A program made the translations under genes and the position numbers. A stretch of 64,000 nucleotides of DNA. Origin: Oopsacas minuta. Its lineage: Eukaryota; Animalia; Porifera. The stretch lies in NCBI GenBank assembly GCA_024704765.1, contig JAKMXF010000309.1, forward strand, positions 186,001-250,000, written 5' to 3'. The stretch's first letter is position 1. Every line of letters starts with the position of its first letter. The notes below the pieces were generated by a model that worked only from the letters and a program-made list of their open reading frames with translations, had not been told where the DNA came from and searched no databases. Shown in pieces: positions 25,801 through 35,983 of the stretch.

Positions 25801-28800
25801 TAATCCAGCGTTAAAATTCGAAATTATTTCATCTTTTATATTAGAGTCAGAAACATCATTGAAATTTGTATTTAATACAATTTCTGACTGTACGATCTGG
25901 TTCATCAATTTTCCTTTCAATTTTAGAAAATATTCTAATCAACGTTGTAGGTATGCGTCGGGCCGTTGCGACCTCTCCCATCTCGAAACAAAAATTCCAT
26001 GCTCTAGTGTTTTTGAGTTATCTGGACAGATTTTTGGATATTCGTGAGAGCTATTCCCTACGTGTTGTGGCACAGTTACAGTGTCTCTTTGTAGGTTTTT
26101 GGAGTTTAGAAATCAAATTTGATGGATTAGCTCTATTTCTAAATTGTTGCAATGTTCCAGTGTTTCAATATCCTAATAGAGTTGTTTAGAACAGTATTTC
26201 CAACGTATATTTCGAAAAAACTCAAGCTGAAGCATAAAAAGTCCAAAGTTGACATACCAAAATCCCATGCTATCAGAAAAGATGTTATGTGCAGGGCATT
26301 TGTCATCAACAAACTATATATTGTATACAGGAAGGGGCAGCTAATGATCATAATGTGTACAGTGATTAGTAAAGGATGGCTTTATAACTAACTCCGATGA
26401 TGCAAAATTGAGAATAAATTTCTTCCCTACACTTGAGGGAAAATCCAAGAACTTGGGAAGAGACCCAAGCGTTGGGGAATTGGTCTAGAGACTAGAGCAT
26501 AATACAAATTTTCTTGATAAATATTTGCTTTGTATACACGTTTGGACCCGAAAATGGACCTCATCATTACTACGTATATTTTTAAAACAAAAAGTGAGTG
26601 AGTATCGTATTAGACAATATCCGTAACTAAACAATTGTGTAACTATAGCATGAACAGCATACGTATATAGCTAGGATACCTCAAGATTGTTATATCTACA
26701 ATCTAGAAGTGGAGTCCAAGGTACTAGCGGCTTGCCAGCAACCGTTTATTAGTGATCTTCCCCAAGTGCGTCAACCGTGGAGAGATTCGTGTTTATTGCA
26801 TTTATTCAAATTCAAACGGAAATACTGCTTTTGGCTCAGTATGTTGATATAGTCAAGGCTCACTCCAAAATAAAATAATTCTGACAACTATTTATAGGCA
26901 AAAGTACTATACTTATACGTTTGTGGTTGAATTATAATTACAATCAACTCACGCTCAAGGGACTGCAATCATTACTTTGATATACGCGGATATTTGGATA
27001 AACCGTGTTCGATATATCAAGAGTTGACTGAATAAATATTTGAGTTTTTAATTCAAGATATATATCTTGGCAGTCGTGGGGTATTTTAAGAGCTTTTACT
27101 CAAAGTTCTGGCCAGAAGTCAGCGTGTACATTTGGCATACCTAACAACCTATTTGAGCCATATCCCTATACGGAGCTCCCATTTCCCCTATACAATTGCC
27201 AAAATCCCTGTACACGCCAAATTTTTTTCACTCGCTGCGCCCGCCCGTATAGAGAGTCACTGTCCAACTGCACCAAAAAAATTTCGCTAAACAAAATGAA
27301 TATGTGCAGGGGGTTGGTCCAAACTGTTTGGGACGGGACAGTTCATGCAAGAAATCTAGTTAAAACAAGTACATTATGTACATATAGGGAATTCCGGTAC
27401 GGTTGGCAGGTATGCATTTGACTAATACAAGAGTAATTCTACATTCATTCCCCACTGGTTAATTAATAATAACTCCTACATATCACTACACAATATATTA
27501 GAAATACGTAATGTAAAGTTTAGACACATCAAATTCTTACAAATACTACTAATATAGTTAGGAGAAACCAGACAACTGCATAATTCACAAGACCACCCCC
27601 ATTCCCTTTCTAAGAATTTATAAAAGGAAAAATTCTAACAATATTTCACTAGAGCCGCCCCCTCATAATTATTCATCGTCTAATTAAGATTCTTCAAATT
27701 CCTGTGTATTGACATCAAGATACACGTAAGAGATTATAATAGTTTATCAAGTAATATCATATATCAATGCATTAACCATTGTTCTATAGCTATTCTAGGT
27801 CAAAAGCATGCTGAATTCAATAGTTAATTATTACAGAAGAATCTCTTTAATACAACCTCCAACGTATAAAGTTTATTCGCTTTATTCGGTGTTCGTACTA
27901 ACCAGAGTAATACCAATTGAATAACAATTGTAGGGATCTGATTCCGTGTAAATATTCGTTTGTCTTACCTGGAAATTCGTATTAACGAGATCCCACTGTA
28001 ATTCTATCGGGTTTTTGTAGTAGAAATTCTGAGCTCAAATATATGACAGATTTTTAAACAGCCTCTTACATTCAAGTAGGATTTGTCAAACACAATATAG
28101 AATTCCCCAAAGTCTAAATAATAATGGATACTTATGGGAATTGACCACCAAATTATATTCACTTAGAATTAGCTATAAAATCAAAATAATTAAAGTTTAA
28201 GAGTCGATTAATAATTGGCTTTTGAAATATTTGTACAGAGGTACAGTCAATTCCCGTTATACCGAAGGTTGAAATTGTGCAATTATAGTCCCAAACTATA
28301 AAAGTAACATGAATTATATAGAAATAATCGCGGTGCCTTGAGTTTCGGTATAACAGGGGTTAGCTGTATATTTTAATAGAATAGCAGTCAAGGTTGCTTA
28401 TTATGAACAGAGGTAATGAAATAAACGAATATCCGTAGCATTTGTGTTCAGCCGCTCTCATGTATTTGTGTTATGCACAGGTTTCTGATCAATGTGGGCA
28501 TTCGCATTAAGCAGCCTTGGTATTTTAAAGTACAGTAGAACTGGATAAGAGGCCGTTCAAGAGTTACGTAACGCAATTTCCCTAACTTTTGACCCCACCC
28601 CCTCCCTGTGTCACGCTTTTTCACCCTTGTAATACAAAAAGAATTGGGCTCTCACACTTCGCATACCACCCCCCTCTCCCTGTAGCGTTACGTAACGTTT
28701 GAACGGTCCTAACACGCACACCTTCGGGAAACAAAATTCATGTCGTCTTATCCAAGTTATACTTGTAGGAGGATAATATTGTCTCAAAAGAAACAGAAAA

Positions 28801-30738
28801 TGACGAAATTGCAGTTTATTAACATTCGTAAAGCTTTAATATTTTAAAAACTAACTTATAATTATATTTTTCATAGAATGGCAAGCAACAATTCTGAAAT
28901 TCATATCCACATAAAATATTGTAGTGGATGAGGCTACCTTAAATATTTCAACGAATTCAAATCGATTGTAATCAAAGAATTCGGTGACGACAAGTTCATT
29001 TTCAAACCGGAAAGAGCTGTCGGAGTTACTGGAGAATTTGAAATCAGTATTATCAATGGATCCGAACCTCAACTTGTCTTCTCAAAAGCACAAACAGGAG
29101 GCCTGCCGTTCGAAGAAAGTACAATGAAGGGAATTTTCGATTCTTTACGAAAATCACTCAAAAAATGAAATATTTGTATATATAAATTAATTTAATATTA
29201 ACTCTATGTGAAGATGAGAGTAGAAGATTCGTTCATACTTTTTAATCTGATTTTTCTGTTAATACTAAATTGATTTATTAATTTTTAGAGATAAACATAT
29301 ATTATGAAAATAGAAAATACAACTCCGGTCATATCACACACGGATATAAAGAAATACCCGCTTATATTGAAGCATGAAATTGTACAAATATGGTCCCAAA
29401 CCATCAAAGTAACATAAATTTGATGGGTTTTATTGAACTCAATTGCGAAATGACCCGATTTTTGATATGTGATGGATATTACTATGTTACGTCACGTTAA
29501 GGAACTTCACCTAAATCTGGGTGGTTTCAATAAAACAAAGGCTTATATTGTAGTGTAACTTCCACAAACGAGGTGTCAGGGACGCCGAAAAATGCTACCG
29601 TTTCCCCGTTTCTGAAAGTTCGTTTGCATGGGACCCGGAATTCTATTTATATATTTTCACTCAGTTTTCACATGCCCCGTTTGAGGAGATTGTACTATAC
29701 ATACTCTCAAACTTCGCTTAGTAAGAAGAAAATAGTAGATCAAAATTTCAATGTATTTATCCATAGTACTTACTTGCAGTAGTTCTAGCTTGAGTGAGCA
29801 CTTGTCTCTGTTGTAACTTTCTCTGATTAAGAACTTCTTTCCTATGCTTCTCTTCAGCTGCTTCGAAGGCTTTTCTCTTTTCTCTGTTATCTTTCTGTCT
29901 ACGGAGAGTTTCTTCTGCATTGAATCTACATTAAACATTGGATTTAACGACATCGGCTTTAACGCCAAATCGCTTATAACGACTCATTTTGTTTGCCCAG
30001 AATCTCGCAGCATTATTCTGCACACACCATACCTCGGGTATAACGACCTGCCAGATAACGACACATTGAATTAGCGACACATTTTCTATGCCTGCGCCAT
30101 TAAAATCTCATCGAATATTACAACTTCTGTGCTGTTTGTACTGTGGACTTCAGAAAAGTGCACTAATTAGTGAATTATTCAGGGTTTAATAATTGATATA
30201 ATTTTAAGCCAATTAAATTCTCGCCTGTTTTGAATCAACAACACCTGGCTTCTTACGAAAATGCATATTTAAAGCTATTGTACGTACAGTGTAATGCTAA
30301 AATATCACATGGATAAATTTGGATGTCATCAGGTATAAATGCATATTTAAAGCTTCCTCAGATTTAGCGACAAATCGGATATAACGACCTTTTTTTGCCT
30401 ACCAAACGAGTGTCGTTAAATCCAATGTTTACTTTATAATAGTTCGTATAAATTTTAAGTTCATTTTTGTGATTCATAATTGCGCTCCATTTTCAGGGCG
30501 GGAGCGTGCTTAATGCTCTGGTCACTATTCATAAATTCCTGTAATTATTCTATTATTTCACAATAAAAACCAACCGAAATCTCTCAGAAATTCGTTTCTT
30601 TTCTTCCTTCTTTCTCTCCTCCAATTCTTTAGCAAAGTTCTCCTGTACTTGTCTATAACGTATGGAATATGCTCCTATAGGGGGAGACATGCCCCAAAGA
30701 TCTGTATTCGTAGTCAACTGTCCACGATTAGGAAACAT
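13895..30738 (-). CDS. Multi-exon CEP126 (KIAA1377)-like centrosomal coiled-coil protein with PP1-docking motifs; host of nested genes
   Basis: Hand-assembled GT-AG exons with compatible phases and no in-frame stop: 30738-30575, 29925-29774, 29716-29705*, 23705-23645*, 22527-22481*, 21384-21298, 20719-20608, 17839-17460, 16975-16685, 16089-15841, 15354-15169, 15022-14726, 14103-13895 (* tentative); 2247 nt, 748 aa. The N-terminal ELEE..ETLRRQK..EKRKAFE..EVLNQRK..TKFE, then LATSNSIF, SLDSL, GILK/RVRF and C-terminal LSIEENKVLASLARLD all resemble CEP126 as I recall it. Confidence 0.62.
14290..14610. repeat. GATC-rich interspersed repeat in the last intron of the CEP126-like gene
   Basis: 12 GATC tetramers counted in about 320 bp, clustered at both ends. 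Confidence 0.5.
15420..15640 (+). repeat. Intronic dispersed repeat; second copy at about 59575-59780, fragment at about 1595-1635
   Basis: Shared blocks aaaggtgtgaaa, ccaattttcat.ttaatc.gactgc and cacatcgtc(c/t)atgcca. Confidence 0.55.
17863..17963. mobile_element. Pogo/Tigger-type MITE
   Basis: cagccaactcgcgttatatcgaa ... ttcgatgtaacgggagtctactg inverted termini. Confidence 0.65.
17975..18312. mobile_element. Pogo/Tigger-type MITE (CTCGCTAATCCGAAC subfamily); related partial copy at 14161-14275 in inverted orientation
   Basis: agtagacctcgctaatcggaac versus right end gttcggattagcgagggtggattg; the internal segment aaatgcattgaaacaatactatagga is shared with 14179-14205. Confidence 0.65.
18874..19983 (-). 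CDS. Orphan intronless seven-transmembrane (GPCR-like) protein
   Basis: 369 aa with about 7 hydrophobic helices, extracellular N-glycosylation sequons and a Cys (RNLTYHNESC), and a basic third intracellular loop (KYQRQLKMLQNFTKL); no rhodopsin DRY or NPxxY signature. Confidence 0.75.
   Translation of the reverse strand: MGLSYTNIGGLQFPHSVEIILDILTGFVIISLFALNLSLIFYIFLTLRTTYRSYKLRLNQGNVNPNALTRITDIYVLMVKCILLLIISLMEFFTLLCGLFERGFIILYADIRNLTYHNESCSFDVITPRFYFNFPYTGLLVSLSSISAFIFLIMLVALLHYLIQYYASKGKEIRFCYTKVLISLFSLIPFFTILLLIRVTFYVAYLILLSTLIVTFIYVIYLLYLLYKSLKQHTNHLRDSRGSQDGKYQRQLKMLQNFTKLSLLIYSIFALFLYTEVIGHFSILFKLIIFDICHKTAPLRSELFQILKIVDHVIEYSTMFTFLFAGLSLILPYIVSFLLCKICIPLKNTIYGKIHIVTHNADLTVRLID
22093..22347 (-). 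CDS. Rdx/SelW-fold paralog lacking the CxxU/CxxC motif
   Basis: VNVQVEY-VHENDFELFKSEIENALGVGRFSFK..GGILEKLKS aligns with the SelW copy at 28878 (IHIHIKYCSGUGYLKYFNEFKSIVIKEFGDDKFIFK..KGIFDSLRKS); the redox loop is deleted. Confidence 0.7.
   Translation of the reverse strand: MENEELVNVQVEYVHENDFELFKSEIENALGVGRFSFKASPGKQFSATVGGELICKSMPNDMIRKEGNYQGEFGGILEKLKSFC
22961..23462. mobile_element. hAT-type MITE, 502 bp
   Basis: 14-bp TIR cagtggcggccata; perfect 8-bp TSD gcaggaat at 22953-22960 and 23463-23470. Confidence 0.85.
24503..24643. mobile_element. Pogo/Tigger-type MITE, 141 bp
   Basis: TIR cagtggatg(c/t)cggttataa at both ends, TA TSD. Confidence 0.85.
24989..25252 (+). CDS. SELENOW: Selenoprotein W (copy 1), Sec encoded by TGA at 25037-25039
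   Basis: MADAKVHNITVQYCGGUGYTSRYDKFVAAVEADFPGKFKLEKKVDAGITGNFEVTHGEVLIHSKKATGKFP...LAKLL*; 87 aa; the SelW homology continues past the TGA; SECIS in the 3' UTR. Confidence 0.95.
25315..25380 (+). promoter_or_regulatory. SECIS element of SelW copy 1
   Basis: GUGAC(25326)-GAUUGAAGUA-GAA-GAC(UAU)GUU-A-UACUUUAAAUC-UGAU(25365): G.A/A.G quartet, about 10-bp helix II, unpaired AA, apical mini-stem; helix I caactc/gagcttg. Confidence 0.85.
28244..28366. mobile_element. Pogo/Tigger-type MITE
   Basis: cagtcaattcccgttataccgaa ... ttcggtataacaggggttagctg, TA flanks; interior shared with the copies at 39653 and 50401. Confidence 0.75.
28533..28765. mobile_element. Pogo-type MITE carrying a nested PIF/Harbinger-type MITE (28549-28709)
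   Basis: Inner element: inverted ggccgttcaa..ttacgtaacgc / gcgttacgtaa..ttgaacggtcc with TAA on both sides. Removing it restores cagtagaactggataacacg ... cgtcttatccaagttatacttg. Confidence 0.7.
28878..29168 (+). CDS. SELENOW: Selenoprotein W-like (copy 2), Sec encoded by TGA at 28929-28931
   Basis: MASNNSEIHIHIKYCSGUGYLKYFNEFKSIVIKEFGDDKFIFKPERAVGVTGEFEISIINGSEPQLVFSKAQTGGLPF...RKSLKK*; 96 aa; a 3' splice site (tttcatag) directly before the ATG suggests a 5' UTR intron. Confidence 0.93.
29195..29265 (+). promoter_or_regulatory. SECIS element of SelW copy 2
   Basis: GUGAA(29208)-GAUGAGAGUA-GAA-GA(UUCG)UU-CA-UACUUUUUAAUC-UGAU(29248); perfect 7-bp helix I uauuaac/guuaaua; colinear with the copy-1 SECIS. 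Confidence 0.88.
29929..30434. mobile_element. Tigger-type MITE, about 506 bp, in intron 1 of the CEP126-like gene
   Basis: 21-bp inverted repeat taaacattggatttaacgaca, repeated ataacgac subterminal motifs, TA at 29927-29928 and 30435-30436. Confidence 0.8.
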
Positions 30739-31705
30739 TTGTTATTTCAACCTGTAAACATTGATTGTATTTATGTGCTAGAATTTAGAATATTAGAATT
30801 ATTATTAAAAATCCAGGGAATGAATAATTCATGACTGTGTCATGGTAGCAGGTCAGAACAGTTTCTGTTAACGCATATGAACCCAAATTGTGAAGGAAAT
30901 ACTTTGGGAAGCTATCTACAGTAAACTTCCATTATAAAGTCAGATACAGCGGAACTCCGCTTATAACTAAGTGGTCCAATGGCCTGTAAATCCTCCCACC
31001 TAATTACACTATAAATTTAGTGAACAACGATTTGATAGAAGGATATAATGAAATTCCGTTTTCAGCACAAATTCCGGTTACGAAAATAACTGCAATTATA
31101 ATCAAACCACAAACGTTATATTTTGTGTTTTCGAGAGTATAAATAGTTTTCAAAATGTAATAAATTATGGTGAGCCATGAATCATATTCCCGAAATCTAA
31201 CATACTGAGACAAAAGCAGTATGTTAGTATCGAGTTAATAACTCTATGATCATGTTATTTATGGAATATTAGCCTCGTATTGAAATGGTGAATGCTAGTT
31301 GCAGCCCAAACTTCTGGTCTAAACTCAGCATAGTAATCCCAACATGCGACGTAAATTATTCATGGGAATATGGTTCAATAAGAAGCTCACTTTTTGTACT
31401 TTTTGTCATAATTCATCATCATTTCAACTTGTAAAGCCAGGTTTATAACCCAGTTTCTATCTGAGTAATACGCGTAAGGAAAATAATATTTTGCATTGGA
31501 AATTTTGAATTTGTACATGCATTACGACATACAGGGTTGCCGAAAAATAAACATGGTAATTTCAATTTCAATTGCTACAAGTTATCCTTGTTATAAAACG
31601 AATGAAATAGTGTTAACTACCATTTTGATACTCACAGTTAATAAATACATTAAAATTACACTAAAATTAATCATCTAGGCATACGTGTAACATTATTTTC
31701 AATAG

Positions 31706-33264
31706 TTAAAGCTCATCTCTAAAACTATATCTATTCCCCGAGGGTTTCAGATTCTTAAAACTGCTCAAAGGCGGTTGTATCGGATCTCTAACTTTGTCGG
31801 GTTCGTTGACTTTATCTTCTTCTACGTTAATAGAAGGCCCGTGGTGGAATTCATGATGCAATTTTCCTGAATTCAAATCTAAGATGAATTGTCGTAATTT
31901 TCCTGTAACATTTATTTCATTGTAGTCAGGGAAAATATACATATGCTTGAAGCTGTCGATTGTTATGAAGGGTAGATCTGAACGACGTTTGCCTAAATGA
32001 GCAAGCGGATGCGCGAATGTTACCCCGTCCGCGGTTAGGAAATTCACGTTCTCCTTTTGGTCGACTAACTCTTGTTCTACAACTTGTTTGAAGGTTTTTA
32101 TCGGTTCTAAGTTATCTGGATCGTAGAATAGTAAAACAAATGGTAATCCCTCTTCTGTCATTTCTTCACCGTTATGAAAAGTTACTTCACGTACCAGTGG
32201 GATACATTTCTGTTTAACCCAAGTACGAAATGCACTTTCTAATTCAAAACCAAATTTATAAACTTCATTATCCAAATCACGATCTCTGAACATGACATGA
32301 GGATATGTTGTTACTGGATTCAATGGAGAATTTGATTTGAAACTGGCAATGAATTTACAATCATCTCTGAGGGAATGAGATAGTTTTGAGAATAGCGTGT
32401 AAGCTGGAGTAGAATTGTCCTCGAAGAAGCCTAAACGAAAATATATAATCGCAAATACTGCAGAATCTAGTTATTATGGAGAAATATATTAGTTCATATA
32501 AGCGTTAATTATCAGTATTTTCAAACTGTTATTTGTTAGTAGAGATATTCAAGTTATCACTAGTTATAAATCCCGCGTATGTTGTCACAACTGACAACTA
32601 AAAACTCTGACAAATGCCAAAATTGGTAGGATAATCCCTGGTCCACTCCCGGTATATCGAAGCTTAAGGAACTGCGATAATTACTTCGATATAAGCGAAG
32701 TTCTATATAAACAATGAAATACATGTTACCTTGACGATTTGGGACCATATTTGTATAATTCGATATAACGGGAGTTCATTGTGCATAAGAAAACTAACCA
32801 ACAATCGATTTAACATTCTCAAGATGTTTCTCTTCTAACTCAACCAGTGTTTCCACATAAGATATAGGATCTTTCAATTGATCTTCAATAAAATTCTTGA
32901 ATGCATCAACTGATCTCTCTCCCCTATACTCCCTCCTTGCTTGTTGCCCGTTTCTCCATAACTTCATTGTAGGGTATTTTGTAATGTGGAATCGTTGAGA
33001 TAATTCCTTTGAGTGATCACAATTTACACGCGCTAATAATACGCCTTCATGCGCTGCTGCTATTTCATCTGCAGCTTGATTGAAAATTGGTTTCAACATA
33101 TTGCTAAATCTACACCAATCTGCGTAGAAGTTAACGAATACGAGCCGATTGTTAGAGATAATCTCATCGAATGTATCTTCACTCAATTCTAATGCTTCAC
33201 CATGTGTATACGGAGTTTGTAGTAGTAGAGTAAGGATGAGAATTGTCAAAGGAATTGTAGACAT
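31706..33264 (-). CDS. ERP44: Endoplasmic reticulum resident protein 44 (thioredoxin family), 2 exons (33264-32799, 32430-31706)
   Basis: Signal peptide, FYADWCRFS active site, VREVTFHNGEEMTEEGLPF, HPLAHLGK, C-terminal RDEL; phase-1 GT-AG intron containing a MITE. Confidence 0.96.
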
Positions 33265-34048
33265 TTGGATTATTCTAATTCTAAATTAACCTAAGTTGAC
33301 TAAATCAATGAAAAATCATATATTCGTTCGGATTAATTAATTAAGCCTTCTAATTGTGATTGTTTTTTGCTATTTTACTGTGAACTTGAACTTTTATATC
33401 GCATTTAGTTGGAGTGATCATTGGTTTTTATTGAAATAGCTGTTAAGAACATAGTCTAATAACCTGCTGACCTGGGTTCGAATCCCACCCCTGCCTTTAC
33501 TTTTTCGACTGTAAATTACGTGAATTTGGATAACATAACTTGATTCCTGATATATTATCTGTTATTTAATTATACGAACTAATAATATGGACGAAACTGT
33601 GCTCTAGTAGAGTAGAGCTGATTATCTCAAAAAATTAGAAAATCAGGGAAACAGTTACAAGGTGTTGGTAGGTATGGAAATACTCAAAGAGGAATGAAAA
33701 CCAAAAAATCCGCGATAGATAAAAATATCTGAAGGGATTTACAGGCAAAACCTAATGTGTTCTAAAATCTTCTAAAAGACCTACAATCAACATCCGCTAA
33801 CTCAAATGCCCGCGTTAACTCGAACATTACTTAAGTACAAGATCTCAAAAATTGTACTTGAACCTAACTCTGGAATACTTTCATTAATCTGAATATTGTC
33901 TAAGTCTAATACAGATTTGAGAGTTGCTGTTATCTACATTGCTATTTCCTTCCCTGTAAATGATGACATAATTAAATACTATTCAAAATATGTACATTCA
34001 TAGAAAGTAAGATAAAAGCAGGAGAATGAAGTTGAAATTAGTAGATGG

Positions 34049-35008
34049 TTAGAATATCTGTAGACAATATTCACTAGTCTGACTCATGACAATAATTCTA
34101 TCTTTATCATCTACTGTAATTCCCATTGGTTTAGGAATAGAGATTTTGTGGATACATTCATATTCACAATTGAAAATATGAATAGAGTTAGAATCATGAT
34201 CTGAGATTGGAATATTACCAGAATTGTCTAGAAAGAAGAACCAGGGATATTCCACTTGCTTTCTTTTTCTCCTAGAAATGATATTCTTCTGTAGGACTAG
34301 ATCTTTATTGAAAATGTGTAGACAAGGATTTGATCGATTCAGGATAAAAATGTTGTCTCGATTAAGTTTGATATCAACAGGTTCTGTGAGAATATCTTTA
34401 CCAAACTGAGACTTGAAACGAAGGCTTTCTGAGAGTATTTGAATGCGATTGTTACCATTATCACAAATGTAAACATCTCCATTTGATTCATCGATTGTTA
34501 TACCCCAAGGATAACTAAACTCTAACTCTCTGTCTCCAGGTACACCAACTCTGGAAATAAACTTTCCATCTAGTTGATAGTTCATTATACAGTGGTTTTG
34601 AGAAATAAAAACTCTATTCCTACAAATAGCTAAACACATCGGGTAGTACATTTGACCATTACCATTACTATCTCCGAATTTGAATAAATACTTAGCAGTA
34701 CTGTCAAACACTTTAACACAATGATTCCATTGATCTGCTACATAAATATTTCCAGTTTGGTTATCGATTTTAACACCAAGTGGATAGAAAAGTTCTTCAT
34801 TTCCACTTCCTTTCTTACAAACACTCACTAGAGGTTGTTTCTTGTTTGTATAATCAATTCCTCTTACTTTATCAACAAAATCTCCCAACTTGTTTACTTC
34901 ACCAAATGTTGATTGTATTTTCTCCCTTACTCGACCTAATTCTAACTCAAAAGTATCTTCCGATTTTTCTCTATTCTCTTTATCTCTCGGAGGATTAGCT
35001 GTAGCCAT
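34049..35008 (-). CDS. NHL-repeat protein, paralog of 10514-11743 lacking most of the coiled coil
   Basis: Same MATAN start and GIDYTNKKQPL.SVC linker; NHL blades; ends CLQIF like its paralog. Confidence 0.85.
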   Translation of the reverse strand: MATANPPRDKENREKSEDTFELELGRVREKIQSTFGEVNKLGDFVDKVRGIDYTNKKQPLVSVCKKGSGNEELFYPLGVKIDNQTGNIYVADQWNHCVKVFDSTAKYLFKFGDSNGNGQMYYPMCLAICRNRVFISQNHCIMNYQLDGKFISRVGVPGDRELEFSYPWGITIDESNGDVYICDNGNNRIQILSESLRFKSQFGKDILTEPVDIKLNRDNIFILNRSNPCLHIFNKDLVLQKNIISRRKRKQVEYPWFFFLDNSGNIPISDHDSNSIHIFNCEYECIHKISIPKPMGITVDDKDRIIVMSQTSEYCLQIF

Positions 35009-35593
35009 TCGCTTTACTTGTTCCAGTTGTAACTTACAAATTTGTATCCAATTAGTATTAATTCTATTCTATTGAAATACACTAAATGATATGACTAATA
35101 AATTTGTAGTTAATGATAGAATTACATTATTTCCAGGAATAAGGGAAGTGAATACAAATTGTATTCTGGGGAGCAGAGCATTAAAGGAGAGCGCTCCATT
35201 ATGATTCAGGAGTGGATCGATTCATCATGGCGATAAATACGTGTTTTTCCAAATCTAGCAAAAAATTGCTTATTCAAGAGATTTTTCGTAGAATACCCCA
35301 CTTATAAAGGTTAGTTTCTATGGAAATGAATAAAGCTGTACCAAAAATCCCATTTATAGAGACCTCACTCATAGAGGTTACACTGTAACTAGATCGTTTA
35401 CATTTTGTAGGAGTTCAAATTACCGACTGTAATTTCAAAAGTCAGAAATAAATTTTTGGCGAATACAAATTTTTGAAGACCCCTCAGAAATTTCAAATAA
35501 TTCACAAATTACGTAGTTTTTACCGATAATTCGTAAATATAACACAATACACGTCAGAGATAGTAATAATACATAGAGTATAAGCTTATCAAT

Positions 35594-35983
35594 TCAATCT
35601 TGTGGATGTGTAGAATAATACTCGATCCATTCATCTAGCCATTCCTGTTGTATCGGTAACAATTCCAGTGTTTTCGGGTGTGGTGGCATGTTCCGTTCAT
35701 GTAGAGTACCTCCTACAGCCCATGGAGCTATGTACGGCTGTGGATGTTGGTATTTGAAGAACTCACCCTCTGCTTTTTTAAGAATTGACTTGGCTAATCG
35801 TGGGTCTTTTACGTCTTTAAATTGATCGAATACTACTCGTAGTCTAACTGCATTATCTCTCCATTTATTACGGTCCATGTCCCATGATAGAATATGGTTT
35901 AGACTTTTGCGGTAAAGACGTGTTACGCGTTGTCTGTGACTAATCACTTTCTCTAAAGGACCCCAGATGGTGTATTGGGTCAT
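35594..35983 (-). CDS. NDUFB9: NADH dehydrogenase 1 beta subcomplex subunit 9 (LYR family)
   Basis: HRQRVTRLYRKSL, FDQFKDVKD, YQHPQPYIAPWAVGGTLHERN. Confidence 0.93.
   Translation of the reverse strand: MTQYTIWGPLEKVISHRQRVTRLYRKSLNHILSWDMDRNKWRDNAVRLRVVFDQFKDVKDPRLAKSILKKAEGEFFKYQHPQPYIAPWAVGGTLHERNMPPHPKTLELLPIQQEWLDEWIEYYSTHPQD

Noticed and set aside
25859-26391. Overlapping short ORFs between the SelW copies
   Set aside because: Stops in all frames and no recognisable domain; possibly a decayed transposon, but I cannot support a call.
27490-27609. Exon-like minus-strand segment (ag|AAAGGG...TTT|gtaag) encoding a hydrophobic peptide
   Set aside because: No partner exons or homology support; cannot be placed in a gene model.
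33473-33495. tRNA T-arm-like string gggttcgaatcccacccctgcc
   Set aside because: No matching acceptor stem, D-arm or anticodon arm upstream; at most a tRNA- or SINE-derived fragment.
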